From Octopus bimaculoides (taxonomy: Eukaryota), in the NCBI RefSeq assembly GCF_001194135.2, contig NC_068986.1:8793218-8841737 (forward strand): DNA of 48,520 nucleotides, written 5' to 3'. Positions 1-11,745 of this stretch are shown piece after piece. The notes under the pieces were generated by a model. That model ran no database searches. It saw only the letters and a program-made list of their open reading frames with translations, and was not told the origin of the DNA. Positions within the stretch are counted from its first letter, which is position 1. Each line of letters opens with the position of its first letter. A program made the position numbers and the translations under genes.

Positions 1-170
1 AATGGAATGGAAACCTCGTCAATTCATTATTTTTGTATTTTCAATTCTTTTCTATTGACACCGAAAAAAAAGGGGGTTGTTTTGACTTGTGTCTTGTGTC
101 GTTGCCAAATTACACCAAATCCTAAAGACGTACTGACACACGCACACACACAAACACACACACACACACA

Positions 171-207
<37 letters not shown>

Positions 208-900
208 GCACGTACGCACACACACACACATAGTCTCATAGATGCATATACAGACTCATACAGACGCGTACATATTTGCACACACACACACAGATGCATA
301 CACACATATACAGACATACATATGCGCATGTATGTACACACCCATCCACAAGCAGTCACCAACACACACACACATACACACCGTGTTATTCCAGGTATTN
401 NNNNNNNNNNNNNNNNNNNNNNNNNNNNNNNNNNNNNNNNNNNNNNNNNNNNNNNNNNNNNNNNNNNNNNNNNNNNNNNNNNNNNNNNNNNNNNNNNNNN
501 NNNNNNNNNNNNNNNNNNNNNNNNNNNNNNNNNNNNNNNNNNNNNNNNNNNNNNNNNNNNNNNNNNNNNNNNNNNNNNNNNNNNNNNNNNNNNNNNNNNN
601 NNNNNNNNNNNNNNNNNNNNNNNNNNNNNNNNNNNNNNNNNNNNNNNNNNNNNNNNNNATTGTTTCAAGTTCTTTTCTCTGGCTGGCCATAAATTTGAAC
701 CGTGACATCCACCACCACTGCACCCCGAATAGACATCCACCACCGCTCCCTGAATACAAGAATATTTTCTGGGATTCTCAGTCTTTAAGTGAACCGAGTC
801 AGTCGTTGAAAATAAGGAAACAAACGCATTGCAAAACTCACAGAACTTACAGAGAACTGCTGCTTCCATTTTACCGTTTTGCTCGACTGTGAAACTCTTT

Positions 901-951
<51 letters not shown>

Positions 952-1180
952 CGTTTTTTCTTCATATTCCACGTAGATATCTTTCAAACATAAAGATTGC
1001 TTTCAAACTTTATCCTTTTCCCTAAACCCTAATTACTCTAATTAGTTGAGATAATTCCAAACTCATCAGCTACTCAAAGACTAAGTTAACAGCTTCAAAC
1101 TTTTCTTGCTTTTTTTCTCATTTATTTTCTTCTTCAGCAAAGCCTTCTTCGTCTTTCATCCCGTATACACCACACACACA
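1..1180. repeat. Left arm of a large inverted duplication (partner 4415-6552)
   Basis: 1-150 is the reverse complement of 6400-6552, 101-399 of 5112-5414 and 659-1180 of 4415-4924. About 10 substitutions plus a small indel in 180 bp (961-1140, counted by eye), a 25-bp indel near 731-755, a ~27-bp indel near 1158, and different (TTTC)n lengths. Confidence 0.93.
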
Positions 1181-1214
1181 CACACACACCTATGCATGCT
1201 ATGCATGCATGCAT

Positions 1215-1432
1215 GTGTGTATATGTGTGTGTGTGTGTGTCCGTATCTCTATATTTGTCCCCCACCACCATTTGATAACGACCTATATCTTAGTGGTTCG
1301 GCAAATAGACTGATAGAATAAGTACCGGGCTTAAAAAATAGTACTGAGATCGATTCACTCGACGAAAAATCATTGAAGGCGGTGCTCCAGCATGACCGCA
1401 GACTAATGCCTGGAACAAGTAAGTAATAAAAA
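1215..1432 (+). mobile_element. SINE family B, 3' half
   Basis: ttagtggttcggcaaa..gatagaataagtacc..aaggcggtgctccagcatgaccgcag matches the 3' half of the fuller copy at 27511-27890. Confidence 0.8.
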
Positions 1433-1454
1433 GATCATAATAATAATAATAATA

Positions 1455-1962
1455 ATCTTTTCTACTTTAGGCACAAAGCCTGAAATTTTGGGGAAGGGGG
1501 CAGTCGATTAGATCGACCTCAGTACGCAACTGGTACTTAATTTATCGACCCCGAAAGGCTGAAAGGCAAAGTCGACCTCGGAAGAATTTGAACTAAGAAC
1601 GTAAAGACAGACGAAACACTGCTAAGCATTTCGCCCGGTGTGCTAACGTTTCTTATTTCTTTATTGCCCACAAGGGGCTAAACATGGAGGGGACAAACAA
1701 GGACAGACAAAGCCAGACGAAATACCTATTTCTTTACTGCCCACAAGGGGCTACACACAGAGGGGACAAACAAGGACAGACAAACACGGATTAAGTCGAT
1801 TATATCGACCCCAGTGCGTAACTGGTACTTATTTAATCGACCCCGAAAGGATGAAAGGCAAAGTCGACCTCGGCGGAATTTGAACTCAGAACGTAACGGC
1901 AGACGAAATACCGCTAAACATTTTGTCCAGCGTGCTAGCGTTTCTGCCAGCTTCTCGCCACC
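1455..1962 (-). mobile_element. SINE family A, dimeric copy with a duplicated internal tail module
   Basis: Two body units (gagttcaaattccgccgaggtcgactttgcctttcatcctttcggggtcgat..aagtaccag on the - strand) joined by two copies of tttgtctgtccttgtttgtcccctc..gtgggca(g/a)taaagaaata. Ends in (ATT)n at 1437-1454. Confidence 0.9.
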
Positions 1963-2989
1963 TGAATGGTATTCTAATTATTATATTAAATAATATGATT
2001 CCATAGTGATGCTACAGCATAACATTATATTAACCAATTTGCTGTCTTGTTATTCCTGCCCCCACCCCATTTACTCCCTCGTCTCTTGAAACCCCCTCCC
2101 TCGAACCCCTCACATATTTCTTCTATTACTTTCGCTCCTCCCTCTCCAGTCGTTCGCCAAATTTTACTTCTATTCTTCTTATCTGTTTTCATCTTGATGA
2201 TTATTTTACCTTATCTCCCCCCCCGTCCCTTGTGATTCCCTGCTACGAAAAAGCTTTCACGTATGGGGCCTTCAGTAATGTATGCGCTGAGGTGCACGAG
2301 TGTGCGTGCGCCTGCGATATGTATGTTAGATTGTGTTTTTATAAGCTTATATACGGCTGTGTGTGCGTATGTACATGCGTATGTAAGCTGTATGCATGTA
2401 TGTAAATGCATGAATATGTATATGTGTGCGTGATCGGGTGTACATGGATGTGTGACTGTATATATGTGTGTGTGTGTGTGTGTGTGATTGTGTGTATGTC
2501 TGTATGTGTGAGTGTGTGTGTATGCATGTGTGACTGTATATGTGTGTGTGTATTTGTATGCATTCAAGTGTATGTACACGAACGATATATCGCTTCTCGT
2601 GTATGACTACATTCAATCCTTCTGACTGGTTACTGCTGTTGGCTCATTCCTGTGGGAAGCAGCCGACAAGTATGCTAGTCTGTTGCTTCCCGGTCCCTCA
2701 GCTTCTCTCAGACGGTGACTCACCCCATCCTCAATCACGCAACGTAACCGAGTGCTTTGTGCCTCCAGGGGATCTCAGAGTAGCTGTGGCACAATGTGCA
2801 GATCTGCCGATATTCTATGCTACTTATAAGTTCCTGTTCGGTCGTGTTGCAGTGAGTACAAGAAGATAAAAGCTATGGATGTGCACCTTGAGAGAAGAAC
2901 ACGCTGCAATGGCCAGCTTTTATTGGGAGTTTCCGACAGATTGGATTCCCGACAGTCTTCGGTATCCGTTAATATTGGATCTATAGTGA

Positions 2990-3045
2990 TGATAATAATA
3001 ATAGTTTCAAATTTTGGCACAAGGCCAGCAACTTTATGGGAGGGT
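2990..3045 (-). mobile_element. SINE family A, 3' tail fragment
   Basis: (taa)n followed by gtttcaaattttggcacaaggccagcaa, the same terminus seen at 8517, 18369 and 40756 (-) and at 11151 (+). Confidence 0.7.
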
Positions 3046-3269
3046 TTTGGTTCCTTCAGAATTGGCACAATTCTGAAAGTATTGGAGGTTTTTGGACAAG
3101 ACAACACCTCATCCATACAGCCGTGGGCGACTGAGAGCGAATGACAGCTGCACCAGCCACAGGATTAGAGAAGGGAATGGCCTAAAAATCGTCCAGTCAT
3201 TTAATTTCCAGGACAGGAAACTGTGCTACTAGGACATTTCACAGAGCGGCAGCGGTAAAAACAACAAAC

Positions 3270-3560
3270 GACATCACTCTTAGATTGATCTTTTGGAATT
3301 TATAGACACTGCGTAATGTTGGTGACATGACAATCCGATCTCAGAGTTGGAGAACTTCCATAGCTGAAGCGACACAGTGTAGACTTTGCTGTATGCTGTG
3401 ATGCAAAGCAGCTTGGAGAGAGAATTCTGTTAACAAAGTTGTTGAAGGCTATGCTTTGTTTCAGAGAAGATGTAGTGAAGATAGACTTCCGTGACCTCGG
3501 CTTTACTGTGAAGAACAGTTTACTACTAAAACTGACTTACAATACCGCTTGGCTCCAGTA
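3270..3560 (+). mobile_element. Decayed LINE (RTE-like) AP-endonuclease N-terminus
   Basis: Reads LRLIFWNL*TLRNVGDM and, after a frameshift, LKRHSVDFAVC. These resemble the APE motifs (L)RIGTWNVRTL..G and L.R..IDI..LQE. Contains stops and frameshifts. Confidence 0.55.
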
Positions 3561-3705
3561 AGCGGCTATTGGCACAATTTGTCTATAGAGCAAGGCTCTG
3601 GGCCTTCCAAAAGATAGAGGGACCGGCGTGGTACACTTTAGAACCCCTCGCTTAGTGTACAAATCGCTTTTACGGCTCGACCAATTCGCTGAATAAAAAA
3701 GAAAC

Positions 3706-3764
<59 letters not shown>

Positions 3765-3848
3765 GTCTGTCTGTCTGTCTGTCTGTCTGGCTGTCTGTCT
3801 GTCAGTCTGTCAGTCTGTCTGTCTGTCTGCCTGCCTGCCTGCCTGCCT
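3706..3848. repeat. Compound tetranucleotide microsatellite (CTAT)n-(CTGT)n-(CTGC)n
   Basis: Directly visible. Confidence 0.97.
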
Positions 3849-3960
3849 ATTTGCACGCGCTCTAATGGACTGTTTGCATTTATTAAACACATGAACACCA
3901 ATATGAGAAAGCACAATGTTTACCAATTATCAATCAAATATGTATTTAATATATCTACTC

Positions 3961-4090
3961 ATGAAATAATGGAAGCATTACAAAGAAGCAGCTTCAACGC
4001 CAATATACAGTTCATAGAATCTACTCCAGTATCGTTAATTAATGAACGTCACGTGAAATTAATATGGTATAATCTGCCTTTGTCTAAAAT
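3961..4090 (+). mobile_element. Penelope-like element relic (RT/GIY-YIG linker)
   Basis: EALQRSSFNANIQFIE..NERHVKLIWYNLPLSK resembles the Penelope motif ALK.SG(Y/F)...R.R.IIW(F/Y)NPPFSK. Confidence 0.55.
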
Positions 4091-4330
4091 CGCTTTCACA
4101 GTTGTAACTCCGTAAGTGCCTTCATAGTTCTAACACGTTCAGCTTTCCAACCAAAACAAAATAACGAGTGTCAGCACATATCAATTTCAAAAAGAACGTT
4201 ACTGTAAAAATAAATAATTTCTACAGCAATAAATGCATTTTAAAAGAATGTGTTTTGTATGTTTGGGTATGGAGGTGTATGTGTGTGTGTGTGTGTGTGT
4301 GTCTGTGTGTGCGTGTGTGTGCGTGGTGTA

Positions 4331-4418
4331 TATTTGTAAAGTACAAATTCATTATTCTTAAACAAGAATATTGACTGTGACTTCTAAGTTTCGGCCAGCT
4401 GTATCACCATCGGATGTG
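4331..4418 (-). mobile_element. Short Penelope-type terminal-repeat relic with a decayed hammerhead-like motif (copy 1)
   Basis: The - strand reads cacat-CCGATGG-tgatacagctggcc-GAAAC-ttagaa-GTC-acagtc-aatattcttgtttaagaataatgaatttgtactttac, nearly identical to 7734-7822 (+). Confidence 0.6.
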
Positions 4419-6552
4419 CATGTGTGTGTGGTGCATACGGGGTGGGGGATTAGCATAAACAGAGATTGTGAGAGACGAAGAAGGCTTTGCTGATGAAGAA
4501 AATAAATGAGAAAAAGGCAAGAAAAGTCTGAAGCTGTTAACTTAGTCTTTGAGTAGCTGATGAGTTTGGAATTAACTCAACTAATTAGTGTAATTAGGGT
4601 TTAGGGAAAAGAATAATATTTGAAAGCAATCTTTACGTTTCAAAGATATCTACGTGGAATATGAAGAAAAAAAAACGAGGAAAAAAACAGGAAGAAAGAA
4701 AGAAAGAAAAGAGTTTCACAGTCGAGCAAAACGGTAAAATGGAAGCAGCAGTTGTCTGTAAGTTCTGTGAGTTTTGCAATGCGTTTGTTTCCTTATTTTC
4801 AACGACTGACTCGGATCACTTAAAGACTGAGAATCCCAGAAAATATTCTTGTATTCGGGGTGCAGTGGTGGTGGATGTCACGGTTCAAATTTATGGCCAG
4901 CCAGAGAAAAGAACTTGAAACAATTTCAATGTATTCTTAAACAAACAAAAGTTGATAAAATATTTCATAGAAAGAATCCGTAAACCCCGTATTGGGTTCA
5001 CTTGTATTTAATTGGTCGAATCGAGAATTACGGCGTGGGTACCATAGTCGGAAACATTATGTATAGTGAATGTATTAGAAGAACTTGGGTGGGAGGGAGG
5101 GACGGGGAAGAAATACCTGGAATAACACGGTGTGTATGTGTGTGTGTGTTGGTGACTGCTTGTGGATGGGTGTGTACATACATGCGCATATGTATGTCTG
5201 TATATGTGTGTATGCATCTGTATGCGTGTATGCAAATATGTACGCGTCTGTATGAGTCTGTATATGCATCTATGAGACTCTGTGTATGTGTGTGCATCTG
5301 TGCGTGCGTCTGTGTGTGCGTGTGTGTGTGTATGTGTATGTGTATGTGTGTGTGTGTTTGTGTGTGTGTGTGCGTGTGTCAGTACGTCTTTAGGATTTGG
5401 TGTAATTTGGCAACNNNNNNNNNNNNNNNNNNNNNNNNNNNNNNNNNNNNNNNNNNNNNNNNNNNNNNNNNNNNNNNNNNNNNNNNNNNNNNNNNNNNNN
5501 NNNNNNNNNNNNNNNNNNNNNNNNNNNNNNNNNNNNNNNNNNNNNNNNNNNNNNNNNNNNNNNNNNNNNNNNNNNNNNNNNNNNNNNNNNNNNNNNNNNN
5601 NNNNNNNNNNNNNNNNNNNNNNNNNNNNNNNNNNNNNNNNNNNNNNNNNNNNNNNNNNNNNNNNNNNNNNNNNNNNNNNNNNNNNNNNNNNNNNNNNNNN
5701 NNNNNNNNNNNNNNNNNNNNNNNNNNNNNNNNNNNNNNNNNNNNNNNNNNNNNNNNNNNNNNNNNNNNNNNNNNNNNNNNNNNNNNNNNNNNNNNNNNNN
5801 NNNNNNNNNNNNNNNNNNNNNNNNNNNNNNNNNNNNNNNNNNNNNNNNNNNNNNNNNNNNNNNNNNNNNNNNNNNNNNNNNNNNNNNNNNNNNNNNNNNN
5901 NNNNNNNNNNNNNNNNNNNNNNNNNNNNNNNNNNNNNNNNNNNNNNNNNNNNNNNNNNNNNNNNNNNNNNNNNNNNNNNNNNNNNNNNNNNNNNNNNNNN
6001 NNNNNNNNNNNNNNNNNNNNNNNNNNNNNNNNNNNNNNNNNNNNNNNNNNNNNNNNNNNNNNNNNNNNNNNNNNNNNNNNNNNNNNNNNNNNNNNNNNNN
6101 NNNNNNNNNNNNNNNNNNNNNNNNNNNNNNNNNNNNNNNNNNNNNNNNNNNNNNNNNNNNNNNNNNNNNNNNNNNNNNNNNNNNNNNNNNNNNNNNNNNN
6201 NNNNNNNNNNNNNNNNNNNNNNNNNNNNNNNNNNNNNNNNNNNNNNNNNNNNNNNNNNNNNNNNNNNNNNNNNNNNNNNNNNNNNNNNNNNNNNNNNNNN
6301 NNNNNNNNNNNNNNNNNNNNNNNNNNNNNNNNNNNNNNNNNNNNNNNNNNNNNNNNNNNNNNNNNNNNNNNNNNNNNNNNNNNNNNNNNNNNNNNNNNNG
6401 TGTGTGTGTGCGTGTGTCAGTACGTCTTTAGGATTTGGTGTAATTTGGCAACGACACAAGACACAAGTCAAAACAACCCCCTTTTTTTTCGGTGTCAATA
6501 GAAAAGAATTGAAAATACAAAAATAATGAATTGACGAGGTTTCCATTCCATT
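4415..6552. repeat. Right arm of the inverted duplication (contains N gap 5415-6399)
   Basis: Reverse-complement match to 1-1180 as above. Confidence 0.93.
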
Positions 6553-6959
6553 AATTACAACAAACAACAGCAAAAAGGTTTCTTCTGTTCTGCTTTTTTT
6601 TAAAAACCTTTTCTCTTTCGTTGTCAGTCATTTGTTAATAGACTTCACAAACGTACACATCAACAAACACACACACGAACACACACATGAACGCACACAT
6701 ACGCATGCACTTAGAAACATGCATACACAATATAAAAACATTATTTGGATTAATCTGTTTTATAGCCGTGAAAGAAAAAACCTTCCATTCCAATATCTTC
6801 ATCCAACGCATGGTGAGTGTATTTTTGTGGTGAAGAAGTTCGTTACGGCTCCACACGTTACACGTAGACATCAATTCAATAATATTCCACAAGCTTAAAG
6901 AACGTAAACATTCGTCTAACGAAGAAAGTATGGCTTGGTTGTCTCGGCCTCACAGTCTC

Positions 6960-7165
6960 AAAGAGAATTCATCGTTGCCAGATGATCTGAAAAGAAATTT
7001 CTTCTGCGCCATAATGGAATCAGTGATATTGTACAAGGCTACTGCCTGGACGTTCACCAAACAGCTACAGGCAAAGCTGGATGGAGCTTACACCCGGATG
7101 TTATGGACCGCTTTGAATAATATGCAAGGATAAGCATCCGATAAGACTGTATGGAAATCTTATGT
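6960..7165 (+). mobile_element. RTE-X-like LINE, RT C-terminal relic
   Basis: SSLPDDLKRNFFCAIMESVILYKATAWTFTKQLQAKLDGAYTRMLWTALN matches the post-RT motif ESVLLYG...W.LT......LDG.YTRMLR. Confidence 0.8.
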
Positions 7166-7190
7166 CATTAGAGAGTGGTGNNNNNNNNNN

Positions 7191-7345
7191 GGGGGGGGGG
7201 GGGGGGAAGATATGGAAAGAGGGATGTGGTGGAGGAGGGATGGGAAGGAAGACGGGAGAGAGGAAGAGACTGAAAAGGGGAGGAGAGGGGAGACAAGGAG
7301 ACAGGGGAGACAGGGGAGACAGGGGAGATAAGGAGATGGAAGAGA
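7191..7345. repeat. Purine-rich tract with a 9-bp tandem unit (GGAGACAGG)
   Basis: G-run followed by ggagacaggggagacaggggagacagggg. Confidence 0.8.
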
Positions 7346-7562
7346 GGACAGGTGAGTGTATTTTACATTTGTTGAACCACATAAATTCATTTTAAAAATC
7401 ATCTTTAGGTTTAAACTGAGTAGTTAAGAAGTTCATTTCACAATCACGTGATTATAGGTTTGATATCATTGCATGTCACCTTAGTATGTTCTACTACAGC
7501 TTCGGAATGACTAATAACCTGTGATTTGAACTTTGCTTGTCAGGAACTGTGCCAATTTCTTC

Positions 7563-7651
<89 letters not shown>
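7563..7651. repeat. (CTAT)n microsatellite
   Basis: Directly visible. Confidence 0.97.
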
Positions 7652-7652
<1 letters not shown>

Positions 7653-7733
7653 GTACACTCCCATCCGCATACATATTTATGTTTGTGTGTGTATACATAC
7701 ACACATAAACACACACACAGACACACATACATA

Positions 7734-7822
7734 GACATCAGATGATGATCCAACTGGCCAAAACTTCGAAGTCACTGTCAATATTCTTGTTTAAGAATAA
7801 TGAATTTGTACTTTACAAAAAT
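7734..7822 (+). mobile_element. Short Penelope-type terminal-repeat relic with a decayed hammerhead-like motif (copy 2)
   Basis: gacat-CAGATGA-tgatccaactggcc-AAAAC-TTCGAA-GTC-actgtc, with palindromic ACTTCGAAGT at 7763-7772. Partner at 4331-4418. Confidence 0.6.
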
Positions 7823-8516
7823 ATTGAGTAACCCATCAGATTAATGTAAAATTGTTTTTATTATAACTGAACATAAAAACAAACATTACCATATGTGTGT
7901 GTGTGTGTGTATGCATATCTATACACATACATGTCATAAATCCACCATGATCTAATCCCTAGCTAATACCTAACCCTGTAAACCACTTAATTTCTTATGA
8001 ACCCGCACGAATTCTAAACTAAAACCTTGACCTAGATCCTGCTAAATATATGGCTCTTATAAAGCTTAACATAAAAAAGACAGGAACAGTCAAGCGAGAT
8101 CTCTAGTCCCCTACTAGACAATGGAAGAGTCCTAAATAGTTAGACCCACAATTAGGAATAACATCGATTTGTTGAAGAACGTAACAATTCCAAAGAATGA
8201 GTGAGAAAAGGAACAGATAGGCATCTACATTACCATCAAGATAAAAACAATTGAAAAGAAGTGAAATAGGCACAGACGCCCCATCATCAGCTGTTGTATT
8301 GGAAAACATTATGGTTTCAACACCAGGCTGTACCATTCAAGCGAATGTAGTTCACAGCATCAAAAAACATTTAAACGCTGCTTAAAAACTACAAGAAGCA
8401 ACCCCATGAACACTTGCGCATGTAATAGAACCTCCCCCACAGCATGAGATAATGTGTACTTTTATAAACTAATTATAACATAGAAAGTAAACGATTATAA
8501 CCTACCAAAATTTTGA

Positions 8517-8729
8517 TTTCAAATTTTGGCACCTGGCCAGTAAGTTCAGGGGAGTGGGTAAGTCATTGACGTCAACGCCAGTGTTCAACTGGTACTTATT
8601 TTACTGACCCCGAAAGGATGAAAGGCAAAGTCGACCTTGGCAGAATTTGAACTCAGAACGTAAAGACGGACGAAATGCCGCGAAGCATTCAGTCCAGCAT
8701 GCTAACTATCCGGCCTGATCACTACCTTA
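8517..8729 (-). mobile_element. SINE family A monomer
   Basis: gaccccgaaaggatgaaaggcaaagtcgaccttggcagaatttgaactcagaacg core plus the standard terminus. Confidence 0.88.
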
Positions 8730-9105
8730 ATAACATACCAAAATATTAATACCTAAAACTGCGGACTGGGCTTCCTGTGATACTTGACTCTCAACGGCTC
8801 GTTTTAATTAGTATTTTAAAAGAGAATTTGCATGATTAACTGGTTTAATTTGATTTGAAAAGTCACTAGTGCACTTCAAGTCTCTTGCTCGGATAGTGTG
8901 GTACACAGACGGGTTTGTATAACGTACTGCACATAATTCGACAATCGTTCAGACTACTATCCCAGTTAGTCCGAGTGCTGCTCTATTCGAACATGAAACT
9001 TAAAGTAGTCCACATATAACTCTTGTATTCATTGAATGATATTTAACTGTCACTAATTTGAGTGCCTTTTTGCTGATCCTATCAGCAAGTGAATAATACA
9101 CGCAC

Positions 9106-9212
<107 letters not shown>

Positions 9213-9220
9213 ACACATTA

Positions 9221-9428
9221 TCTTTTACTTGTTTTAGTCAATAGACTGCGGCCATTCTGGGGTATTGCATTAAAGAATTTTAATCGAACGACTCAACCTT
9301 AATACTTAATTGTTTTTTAAAGTCCGATACTTATTAGATCGGTCCTTTTTTCCGAACCGCTAAGTTACGCGGATGTAAACACAACAACACCAATTGTCAA
9401 GTGGTGCTGAAGGACAAACTCAGACACG
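9221..9428 (-). mobile_element. SINE family B, 3' half
   Basis: tcttttacttgttttagtca..gactgcggccat..ccgaaccgctaagttacg..gtaaacac..ttgtcaag. Confidence 0.82.
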
Positions 9429-10938
9429 ATCTCTTTCTGTCTCTCTCTCACACACGCACATACTTCAGAAGATTTTTTTAAGCATCTGTCAAGAGTGTTA
9501 CATTGATAAGCAAACAGAACACGACTCCATATTCGTAATATCTTGAAAGCAATTGTCATTAATTTAGAGGACAAGCTTCCAGCTATGCAAAACCGTATCG
9601 GTCAGTATCATACGTTATTTCAAATATGACAATAGATCGTATACAAGGATTGGTTAAAAAACCTCTTTCGTACCATCAGAATATATGTTGATTTTATAAT
9701 AGCTCTCCTGTAGTTTACGTTCCTTACTTGAGATTTAGCATCTGGTTGATTCTATTTATTTTAATGGAGCCTCACCTCGTTGGAATATATTTAGTGCACT
9801 CATCGGAGGAAGGATTTGGTAATAGACATATAAAATATAAGAGAACCACTCTTCGTAATTTTGTCAAATGCAGTTTACAGGAACTTTAATGTACATTGTG
9901 ATGGAAGTGCTGTTGTGTGCCCAGCAATTTATGTTCAATAATGGAATTTTGTGGTTAATTCCCATTTCGTTAGTGTTGCGTTAATGACACCCCACCCTCA
10001 TTCATAGTAACACTCAATGTCCTTAACAGCTATGCAGTTTGAAACCCCATGCGTCAGCTTTTACGGAGACTGATGGTGCATTAGAAATCACCTTCGCTTG
10101 TTTATTGATGGAAAATAATGTATCTAATAAGCAGGAGGTACATACATTCATCTACAGTTGCCAATAGGTTAATGGAAAAAAAAAGCCAACAAGAAGAATA
10201 TTTGTTTTTTCATTTATTAAATCGAGGTTAGTGTCAGGTGAAATCAAAAGATATAAGTAGTTCCAGAGTTATTTCAAAAATATATTAGACGTTCGCTATT
10301 TTTTGCTGGTAGGGATTCTGTATTTCGTTTTGTAACCAAACTATATTACAGGTTTATAAGTCAATACTTATAAGTGGTCATAATCACTTTTAAGTTATCT
10401 CCAGATATTCTGTAGAATTTAGAGCTACCACTGAAAGTTACTAAATTCCATATACGAATACGTTTATGTAAACAATGTGCTGTAACTTTTAGTGCTGGCT
10501 CTAAAATTCTATTGAAATTCTGTAGAGATAAACTTAAAAGCAATTCACTGTTGTATGCTTTCAGAATAGTGTTGCTATTGTTATTGTTTCGCCCCATATC
10601 AGTTCTGATTGATCGAATCCGTGGTTTGAGACGTTTCACTCATGAACACTCATCTAATTTTCAGATTTGTCTCCATAACTATTTTATGCATCCTTTTTTA
10701 ATACGACAGGGTGTGATTTGGCTGCTGTTTCTCACAAGCCGAGCAATCATGTCGATGCCATCATTGAAACATCGGTGATTCCCACTTCATTGTGGACGAA
10801 ATTCCTCCATATTTAAGTTTGCTACAGTCCACTGGTGTAGTCTTTCAAAACCTGGATAAAATCGAGAAATAAAAAAGTTCTGGATTGAAAGAGTGGTTTA
10901 AGTCTTACACGTGTTGATTTAGTATTAATTGTAGGCTT

Positions 10939-11151
10939 AAGGCGGTAAGCTAGCAGAATCGTTAGCACGTTGGACGAAATGCTTAACGGCATTCCGTCTG
11001 TCTTTATGTTCTGAATTCAAATTCCGCCGAGGTGGACTTCGTTTTTCATCCTTTCGGGGTCGATAAAATAAGAACCAGCTGATCACTGGGGTCGATGTAA
11101 TAAACTTAACCCCTCCCCAGAAGTTGCTGGCCTTGTGCGAAAATTTGAAAC
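10939..11151 (+). mobile_element. SINE family A monomer, full length
   Basis: aggcggtaagctagcagaatcgttagcac..ttcaaattccgccgagg..tcatcctttcggggtcgataaaataag..ggccttgtgcgaaaatttgaaac. Confidence 0.9.
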
Positions 11152-11451
11152 TAATATTAATTGTATCCCTAGTAACTTGTAAAGGTAGGTGATTGGCGTT
11201 CAACAAGCTTGCCGTATTTGTTACGTTTTTTTGTATCGTGAATTTTTTCATCGTCCCCAGTTCTATAAAATTAAATACCTGTTAAGTCCTAGGACAATTT
11301 AATTGATTGTTAATCTATGGCCATGGCGCATTAAGCTAGCATTATACAGCAGAACCGAAATCCTCATCCAAAGGCGAAAGACCAACAGGTGACGTGCCAG
11401 AGAGAGTAGACAGATTTCACGATACTAGAATCTATTTTTAACACCCTAGAC

Positions 11452-11745
11452 CAGAGGTTCACAACCGGGGCCCACGCAAACAAAACAGTAAATTGCGTAT
11501 CCACAAGTAGTATTTTAAGGGTCCACGAAAACTTTGTATTAGATGTAATGCAAGAAACAGCTAGGTTTCTTTATCTAGCGTTCTACACAAGTAAATGTGT
11601 GAAAAGCAGACTAGGAATTTTGAAAGAAGTATCAATAAAACTAGTTTTTAAACAGGGAATGGCTAGGGGGAGGGGCCGGGGTCTACCTGAATGAAATAGG
11701 AATCAAAGAGGTCCAAAGATTTTAAAAAATGGCCGAGAACCACTG
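11452..11745. mobile_element. hAT (Charlie-type) MITE, 294 bp
   Basis: Termini CAGAGGTTCACAACC ... GGCCGAGAACCACTG resemble the Charlie-type TIR CAGTGGTTCTCAACC. Flanking 8-mers CCCTAGAC (11444-11451) and TCCTAGAT (11746-11753) fit an NNCTAGAN hAT TSD. Confidence 0.8.

Noticed and set aside
4550-4600. CTGATGA + short stem + palindromic ACTAATTAGT in the duplication arms
   Set aside because: GAAA is missing, the cleavage triplet is not NUH and helix I does not form. Too degenerate to call a hammerhead.
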